DNA of 64,000 bases, from NCBI GenBank assembly GCA_013288565.1, contig JABDBP010000005.1:8746-72745 (forward strand). The letters are read 5' to 3'. The position numbers and the translations under genes were made by a program. The stretch is from Alphaproteobacteria bacterium (GTDB lineage: Bacteria; Pseudomonadota; Alphaproteobacteria; Rickettsiales; JABDBP01). A model generated the notes under the pieces. The model was not told where the DNA came from, ran no database searches, and worked only from the letters and a program-made list of their open reading frames with translations. Below, in pieces: positions 58,360-64,000 of the stretch. The first letter of the stretch is position 1, and every line of letters starts with the position of its first letter.

Positions 58360-58554
58360 TTATTCCTTTATGTTTTTCTTGATAGGAACGGCACAACCGG
58401 CAGCGAAAAATGCCAGTGCCAAATAGTCGCGCACTTCGTATTTCTCGCCTGCCGTATATTGCTTGACGATACGCCCATCCTCAGTTCCCCTGCGGGTTTC
58501 CAGCATTTTTATCAGCATAATGAGTTGTGAGTGCAGAGTGAATCTACTCGGCAT
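58360..58554 (-). CDS. small hypothetical protein (extra gene between the capsid and connector genes)
   Basis: Up to 64 aa; internal starts at 58518 and 58506 are possible. Stop lies 2 nt before the g6-like start. No family recognised. Confidence 0.35.
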   Translation of the reverse strand: MPSRFTLHSQLIMLIKMLETRRGTEDGRIVKQYTAGEKYEVRDYLALAFFAAGCAVPIKKNIKE

Positions 58555-58577
58555 TCACAACCCAGCACTCAGCATTA

Positions 58578-58994
58578 TTAATAAATAACCGGCTTGTAAG
58601 CCGCACTGCCTCTGAGCGAGGTGATACCGATGATGGTACCGTTGGTCATGGTACCGGTCTTGGTGGCTACAGCCTTCACGTAACGCTGCGAGCCGATATA
58701 GCCAAGCTTGTAGCTTGCTGAGTCCTGGCCGAGCGCCACGGTCACGCTGCTTACGCCCGCACTCATATCGCTGGTTGCCACGGCGGTATAGGTACCACCG
58801 CTGGTCGCGCATTCAGTGAGGCTGAGCGTCCAGTAGACGCTGCTGGAAAGAGTATCGCCCGAAGCGCCCATATTGAACAGCACGATAGCAGAATTGAATC
58901 CCTGCAAATCGATTGCCGAAGAAGTGACGGTTGCAGTCGCAACCGCCGGTGTGGTAACCTGCGTTACCGAAACGTTATCATATAAATCGCGCAT
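58578..58994 (-). CDS. hypothetical phage structural protein (extra gene after the capsid gene, possibly head decoration)
   Basis: 138 aa, Thr/Ser/Ala/Val/Gly-rich and beta-rich. Not part of the canonical RcGTA order. Confidence 0.5.
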   Translation of the reverse strand: MRDLYDNVSVTQVTTPAVATATVTSSAIDLQGFNSAIVLFNMGASGDTLSSSVYWTLSLTECATSGGTYTAVATSDMSAGVSSVTVALGQDSASYKLGYIGSQRYVKAVATKTGTMTNGTIIGITSLRGSAAYKPVIY

Positions 58995-59023
58995 AATTTT
59001 TTCCTTTTATTATTAAATAAAAT

Positions 59024-59150
59024 GAGAGCGGTTTCAGATTGCTTTATGCTAGGAGCGCAAGTCCGAGCGAGCTGAGTGTACACTCAGCGTACATGAGCAT
59101 CGCGAGAGGCGAAGCGCGACGACGCAGAAAGCAAAAATGAAACCGCTCTT
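59024..59150 (-). promoter_or_regulatory. imperfect palindrome of about 127 bp (long stem-loop) immediately downstream of the major capsid gene
   Basis: Outer arms gagagcggtttcagattgctttatgc / gcagaaagcaaaaatgaaaccgctctt. Central perfect palindrome gctgagtgtacactcagc. Confidence 0.5.
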
Positions 59151-59153
59151 GGA

Positions 59154-60347
59154 TTAAGACAGCAGCAACAGCTTGATCGCCTCGAAATTGACGACGTCGC
59201 CGCCGGTTCTTTTCGTGGTATAGAAATTCACGAACGGTTTTTCCGTGAACGGATCGCGCAATATGCGGATGCCGATGCGATCAACAATCTGATACGCCTT
59301 GGAAAAATCGCCAAACACCACGGAAAGGCTTGCCGCCGTAGGCGAAGGCATGTCAGCCGCCAGTTTTACCGGCACGCCTAGCAGCGTATCGGGAGTTCCC
59401 GCCGCCAGGCCGGGTTGCCACATATATTGGTTGGTGGTAGTTTCCTTGAGAAGCCGCACCGCCTGGGTGGTAGCACGATTCATCAGGAAAGTCGCATTCA
59501 CCGTATATGGTTCTTTGAGGGTGTAATAAAGGGTGATTAGCGAGTCGGAAGTGATGACGCCGGAAGAACCGGTTCCGACTTGCTGGATTTGCCCCCAGTT
59601 CGTGCCACTTGCATAAGTCAAGATTCCGCGCGGCTGGCTGACGCCAGTACCGCTGACGAATGCAGTATTTTCCTTGCGCGAGAAATTATCGGCAAGTTTT
59701 CCCGCCAGCCATTTTTCGATGTCGATGCTGGAATCGTCGATCAATTTCTGCGTCGCTTTCGGCTGGGCATACAACTCATAGACCGGGATGTTTTTCTTAC
59801 CGATTTGCGGCGTCGCCGTATCAGCTACCGTCGTGGTTTCACCAGTCCAGCCAGAGGCTATATCGTTGATATCCTCAATGATGTCCAGCGAATCGCTCGA
59901 TATGGTTTCGACCGAGCAAATCTGGCGCATCGGCGAGGTTTCGAATATCGCCTGCACGATATTGCTAGATATTGTAGGTGTTACCAAATAGCCGCCGTCC
60001 GGGTCGCTGCCGACTGAAAGCGCCTTGGTTTCGAGTCGGGAAAGCCCGGATTCCGTGCCTTTACGCAAGTAATTACAGAAAGCGGTTTTATGTTCAGCAG
60101 CCAGGCCATCGTCGGCGAGGCCGTATTCTAGGGTTTTTGCCGGGCGGCGCATCGCCGTTTCCACTTTTGCGAGCCGGGATTTATGATTATCCAGAGCGTC
60201 GTTGATTTTATTAAGTTGCTCCAGCGTCAGCGGATCGGCTGCACCTTTGCGTTTGATTTCATCGAGCTTTCGCTCGTTGACGGATTTAAATTCCTCCCAG
60301 GCATGGCCTAGGGCATTCACCTTTACGGCAATTTCCGGATTTTGCAT
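59154..60347 (-). CDS. HK97-family major capsid protein (RcGTA g5-like)
   Basis: 397 aa. N-terminal coiled delta-like region and the GGYLVP-type motif (DPDGGYLVTPT). Confidence 0.85.
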   Translation of the reverse strand: MQNPEIAVKVNALGHAWEEFKSVNERKLDEIKRKGAADPLTLEQLNKINDALDNHKSRLAKVETAMRRPAKTLEYGLADDGLAAEHKTAFCNYLRKGTESGLSRLETKALSVGSDPDGGYLVTPTISSNIVQAIFETSPMRQICSVETISSDSLDIIEDINDIASGWTGETTTVADTATPQIGKKNIPVYELYAQPKATQKLIDDSSIDIEKWLAGKLADNFSRKENTAFVSGTGVSQPRGILTYASGTNWGQIQQVGTGSSGVITSDSLITLYYTLKEPYTVNATFLMNRATTQAVRLLKETTTNQYMWQPGLAAGTPDTLLGVPVKLAADMPSPTAASLSVVFGDFSKAYQIVDRIGIRILRDPFTEKPFVNFYTTKRTGGDVVNFEAIKLLLLS

Positions 60348-60361
60348 ATTTTTCCTTTTGG

Positions 60362-61015
60362 TTAATTGGTTAGTATTGATATGGCCCTGTCCAAAACGGC
60401 AGAAAGCTCATATATTTCCTCTTCCTCTCCAGCATCCCGCTGATCGGAAAAGCTTTCAAAACCGCGCACGGCGATCAATTTTGCCGCCTTACGCGAATAT
60501 CCTGCTTCCCGCAGGAAATCTTCGAATTCTCTGATCGTTGCTGGCGCGGATTTCAAACGGTTCACCACCGCATGCGGATTGGCCGGGAACGTCACCAGAC
60601 TTACTTCCCACAGTTCCACCTGCTTTAAAAGCCGCACTCCCGTCTTGTAATCAGTTTCGTAATCGACCGGCGTATAGCCAATGGAAAGGCCGTTTATCGC
60701 CCCGGATTTCAGCAACGCATAAGCCTCGCGCGCCCTTTGCACATCAAGCAGTAACCGGCCTTCCATATATAGCCCGAATTCATCCTCACGCATCTTGCTG
60801 ATAACGCCGATCGGCTCGTCCGGCTGGTGCTGCCATAGCAATTTTATCCCATTACCATTTCCTGCGATGGTTTTTTTAAACGCGCCTTTTAAAACTACAT
60901 CTTTCTGGCTGTCGATATTTCCGAAGACGCTGGCGTAACCGGCAAACGCGCCGTCATCAGCTATTGATTTCAGTTCAAGCGGGAAATCTAAATGTTTGGT
61001 TTCAAGTTTTTGCAT
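60362..61015 (-). CDS. HK97-family prohead protease (RcGTA g4-like)
   Basis: 217 aa. GYASVFGNIDSQKDVVLKGAF, LWQHQ, LSIGY. Confidence 0.85.
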   Translation of the reverse strand: MQKLETKHLDFPLELKSIADDGAFAGYASVFGNIDSQKDVVLKGAFKKTIAGNGNGIKLLWQHQPDEPIGVISKMREDEFGLYMEGRLLLDVQRAREAYALLKSGAINGLSIGYTPVDYETDYKTGVRLLKQVELWEVSLVTFPANPHAVVNRLKSAPATIREFEDFLREAGYSRKAAKLIAVRGFESFSDQRDAGEEEEIYELSAVLDRAISILTN

Positions 61016-61017
61016 GA

Positions 61018-62310
61018 TTATTTCTTTGTTGGGTTGGTATCCAAAATATCGCCGCCATTAATCGGGCTTAAACCAACTGACGCGCGTTTTTCGTTGATCG
61101 TCATAAAATTCACGCCCTGCAATTTCGACCATAATCCCTCGCGGCGCGGTGCCATCGCACTGATGTTATCGATGTCGATATCCAGGCAGAGATTCTCGCC
61201 GAACAGTGGCAGAAGCCAGCCGTTCAGGGCATTCGCCAGGCTTTGCAGCATCGGGATCACCGTCTGCTCCCATAGCGAAAGTTTTGCCTCGGCCATGTTG
61301 TTATAAGTTGAGTCGCCCGGAATCCCAAGCAGTTGCGGCGGTACACCGAATGCCAGCGCAATATCCCGCGCCGACGAATATTTGATGTTCAGAAAATCCA
61401 TGTCGCGCGGCTTCAGGCTCATTTCCTTCCAATCCAACCCGCCCTCAAGCAGCAGTGGACGCCCGGCATTTCTCGCGCTGGAATATTGATCGTCGATCTG
61501 CCCCTTCAGCCGGGTGAATTGCTCATCGCTTAAAGTCACCGCCTGGTTGTTGGCGTTTCTCACCACCAGCGCACCGCTAGGGCGTGCACCATTTTGCAAT
61601 AGCGACTGGTTCCATACCGCCGCCTGATTATGCTGATCAATGCTGTAAGCCGCCGCTTCCATTGGCGACAATCCATACCAATCATTCAGTGGATGGAAAT
61701 GTTTCAGGTGCAGTATCTCTGATTGCCCGGTCAGCCGATCCACTGGAAAATCTTTATAAATACCGTCATCGCCGACGGCATATCTATAAGCCTGCGGCAG
61801 GTAATTATTTCCTGCAATTAACGTCACGCGATCGGGCCGGAGCAGATATAATTCCGAAGGAGCACCCTCGCCGTCAATTCTTTGTATGTATGTGTTGCCG
61901 CTAATCATGCGGTAAATGAACAGGCTTTCGATGAATTCGTTACCGCCCATGCCAGGATTCGGCTTATCCAGCAAATCCAATACCGGATGCGCAGCTATTT
62001 GTTTCCTCGTACCGCCATCCGCCTGATATAATAACCAGGGAACGCTTGCCGCGCTTTGCGCCACCAGAGAAATCGAGCGGAACGCAATGACGTTACGGCT
62101 ATAACCCTCGTCGGAGAATTTCCAGTAATTCCTTGGTGTCCATACCGGCTCACCCGGCGCAGTGATATATGATTGGTAAGCGCTGGAAAGCAGGAATTCC
62201 GGTATCAAACCGAATTTCTTTCCCGCCAGCTTTCTCACTTTATCTTTCGCCCTGACGAAAATAGAGAATGGATTTCTCTTTCCGCTTTTTGAGTTAAGCA
62301 GATAATTCAT
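61018..62310 (-). CDS. HK97-family portal protein (RcGTA g3-like)
   Basis: 430 aa. Portal-like body with LLQNGARPSGAL and FGVPPQLLG segments. Confidence 0.85.
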   Translation of the reverse strand: MNYLLNSKSGKRNPFSIFVRAKDKVRKLAGKKFGLIPEFLLSSAYQSYITAPGEPVWTPRNYWKFSDEGYSRNVIAFRSISLVAQSAASVPWLLYQADGGTRKQIAAHPVLDLLDKPNPGMGGNEFIESLFIYRMISGNTYIQRIDGEGAPSELYLLRPDRVTLIAGNNYLPQAYRYAVGDDGIYKDFPVDRLTGQSEILHLKHFHPLNDWYGLSPMEAAAYSIDQHNQAAVWNQSLLQNGARPSGALVVRNANNQAVTLSDEQFTRLKGQIDDQYSSARNAGRPLLLEGGLDWKEMSLKPRDMDFLNIKYSSARDIALAFGVPPQLLGIPGDSTYNNMAEAKLSLWEQTVIPMLQSLANALNGWLLPLFGENLCLDIDIDNISAMAPRREGLWSKLQGVNFMTINEKRASVGLSPINGGDILDTNPTKK

Positions 62311-62429
62311 GCTCTGTCCTTGGATTAATTTTAGAAGGAGGAAGTAGTTTCAGGCGTTAATTTCGTAGCCTATATTTATCTTCTACTTGCGCTTTGAAAA
62401 ACGCGGAAGGGGAAATTTCTAAAAATTTT

Positions 62430-62756
62430 TCAGTGCATCTTTTCCATTACCCGAACGCCCAGCATTTCCAGTTGTTTCCGGGCGGAATCGGTGAGGCAGA
62501 TGGTGTGGATGTGCCAATCGCCGAAACTGCTTTCCTGGATGGAGTAATCTTCCGAATCGCTGAAATCGAGCCGGACGAATTCTTTTTCTAGGCGGACTAT
62601 GTTATCGACTTTTAGATCGGAATAATAGAAAGCAAATTTTTTTTGCAGATGATATTTTTTCCTGGTTTCATGATTGAAATACAGCCAGGAAACGTGCAGG
62701 CTGTTTATCGCCCGCGCCGATTCCGCCAATTCCGGTTGCTCGTATTGTTCCAGCAT
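62430..62756 (-). CDS. hypothetical protein inserted between the terminase and portal genes
   Basis: 108 aa, flanked by non-coding spacers of about 110-120 bp. A TATAAT hexamer lies in the upstream spacer. No family recognised. Confidence 0.45.
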   Translation of the reverse strand: MLEQYEQPELAESARAINSLHVSWLYFNHETRKKYHLQKKFAFYYSDLKVDNIVRLEKEFVRLDFSDSEDYSIQESSFGDWHIHTICLTDSARKQLEMLGVRVMEKMH

Positions 62757-62864
62757 TACGATCCGCTCCAGGTTAATGCTTCATTATAGTCCAAAATGGT
62801 TAACAAAAGGTTAATATCGGGATAAAAAATCATAAAAATTCAGGCATTTCGCCTCAATTTTTAT

Positions 62865-64000
62865 TCAAATGCTCCTTATCCGTGCCTGTCCTGGGGTTCG
62901 ACCAGTGATCCATTCCAGAAACTGACTGGTTGAATCCATCTGATCGTCATATTTCGTGCCAGGAAACCCGAAGATTTCCCTTTCATATTCAGCAAGCCAG
63001 ATGGCTTGCCGAGGCAAAAACACCTTTCCCGCCTCGATTAAACAACTGATTTTCGCCGCTCTTTCAATCTTACTAAGCGATGATTTGATAGCGATCACCG
63101 GCAGATTTTTTTTCTTCCGCAACTCCTGGATTAACGATTGCCCATTCGCCTGATCCTCAATCAAAATAGCCGCAGGCTTCCATTTTTCCGCCAGACCTAT
63201 CATCTCCTTTTTTAGCAACGGATATTCTAGTCGCGCGCGAAAAATATCCAGAAGATTATATCCTTCCACAGTTTCATTCCATATCGCACATACGGAAAAA
63301 TCGTTGTTTTCGCCGGTTTTTATCGCCGTATCCCAGCTTTGGAAAATCGTTCCGCTGGGCTTAGCGTCATATCGCCGGATCCATTCCGGATTTATCATAT
63401 TTCCACCAGCTGCTAGTGGATTCTGCTGATATTGCGCTGCAAACCCGCCCGAGCCCAAATCTTTTTTTGCCTTCTCAATTTCCTCGATATTTTCCCTTTC
63501 TGCCTGGAGCAATTCGCCTCGCTTCCTACCCATCCGCAATTTTCCGCGAGCATAAGTTTTCTTCTCTTCAGCGATTGCCGGAATCGCCAGGATTTCCCAG
63601 CCTTTTTCCGCCAGATGCCCACTCAAATCCTCCTCGTGCAACCGCTGCATCACCAGAACGAATACGCCTTTCTTCTTGTTATCGAGCCGCGTCGAAAAGG
63701 TTTTGTCAAACCATTCGATTACATTCCGACGCTTGGCGGCGCTGTTGATGTGGACCGGGTTGTGCGGATCGTCGATAATCAGAAAATTCCCGCCCTCGCC
63801 GGTAATTGAACCACCAACCGAGGTCGCGATTCTGTACCCGCGCTTTGTCGTCATAAATTTCGCTTTCTGGTTTTGCCCGCTGGCGATTTGAAACTCCGGA
63901 AAAACTTTTTTATACCAATCGGAAGTCACCACCCGGCGACAATCAAGCGAATGCTTATTGCTTAAACTTTGCGCGTAGCTGGCTGCAATTACCCGTCGCG
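62865..64000 (-). CDS. phage terminase large subunit (RcGTA g2-like), 5' end outside window
   Basis: The frame stays open from the listed GTG (63932) to the window edge (..IAASYAQSLSNKHSLDCRRVVTSDWYKK). Also GGNFLIIDDPH and a nuclease domain. Confidence 0.85.
   Translation of the reverse strand, partial: RRVIAASYAQSLSNKHSLDCRRVVTSDWYKKVFPEFQIASGQNQKAKFMTTKRGYRIATSVGGSITGEGGNFLIIDDPHNPVHINSAAKRRNVIEWFDKTFSTRLDNKKKGVFVLVMQRLHEEDLSGHLAEKGWEILAIPAIAEEKKTYARGKLRMGRKRGELLQAERENIEEIEKAKKDLGSGGFAAQYQQNPLAAGGNMINPEWIRRYDAKPSGTIFQSWDTAIKTGENNDFSVCAIWNETVEGYNLLDIFRARLEYPLLKKEMIGLAEKWKPAAILIEDQANGQSLIQELRKKKNLPVIAIKSSLSKIERAAKISCLIEAGKVFLPRQAIWLAEYEREIFGFPGTKYDDQMDSTSQFLEWITGRTPGQARIRSI

Larger units (their letters stand above)
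47003..64000 (-). mobile_element. RcGTA-like head-tail gene cluster (gene transfer agent or defective prophage) with contiguous fibre and lysis genes, upstream end outside window
   Basis: Minus-strand order: terminase-portal-protease-capsid-g6-g7-g8-g9-(x)-g12-g13-g14-g15. Then DUF2793, a fibre-like gene, membrane proteins and a GH24 lysozyme. No integrase or replication genes in the visible part. Confidence 0.7.

Noticed and set aside
58555-58812. 85-aa ORF overlapping the 138-aa post-capsid gene in another frame.
   Set aside because: It is Arg/Gln/Tyr-rich with low complexity, lies largely within the longer and better-placed ORF (overlapping its 3' two-thirds), and has no packing logic with its neighbours.
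47003-64000. Calling the region an intact inducible prophage.
   Set aside because: No integrase, repressor, replication genes or att repeats are visible. REP elements have colonised it and the tape-measure region is aberrant. The upstream end is outside the window, so a prophage cannot be fully excluded.

Overview
All calls below come from reading the sequence and the ORF track and from remembered protein-family motifs. No database search was run. The gene content and synteny look alphaproteobacterial. In order, the window holds: (1) a housekeeping block on the + strand, fmt-truA-ribE-ribB(A)-ribH-nusB-thiL (1-5065). (2) A tight tandem array of five small paralogous lipoproteins with a shared Cys-containing motif (5121-6898). 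(3) A minimal glutamine-synthetase-like gene, then ilvC and ilvH (6912-9454, - strand). (4) A visibly more AT-rich surface-polysaccharide island of about 25 kb (about 9.5-35.0 kb). It carries O-antigen-ligase/Wzy-like proteins, MBOAT plus two SGNH/AlgJ-like proteins, SxtJ/DUF5989/carbamoyltransferase, Wza/Wzc plus an outer-membrane barrel, a priming sugar transferase, a flippase, two GT4 enzymes, two methyltransferases, AsnB-type amidotransferase and an acyltransferase-3. It ends at tRNA-Arg(CCU). (5) thrC, an M32 carboxypeptidase, SURF1-ctaE-ctaG-ctaB, glnB and tRNA-Val(GAC). (6) A tandem repeat of about 120 bp, an orphan 475-aa protein, ccmB, peroxiredoxin-trxB and an orphan pilin-like gene. 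(7) From about 47.0 kb to the window end, a minus-strand RcGTA-like head-tail cluster running from large terminase to the g15-like tail protein. Fibre, DUF2793, holin and lysozyme genes follow contiguously. Lineage-specific ORFs and REP-type palindromes are inserted in the cluster. A 152-aa histidine-rich protein sits where the tail chaperone and tape-measure genes are expected. No rRNA, CRISPR array, transposase or integrase was seen.
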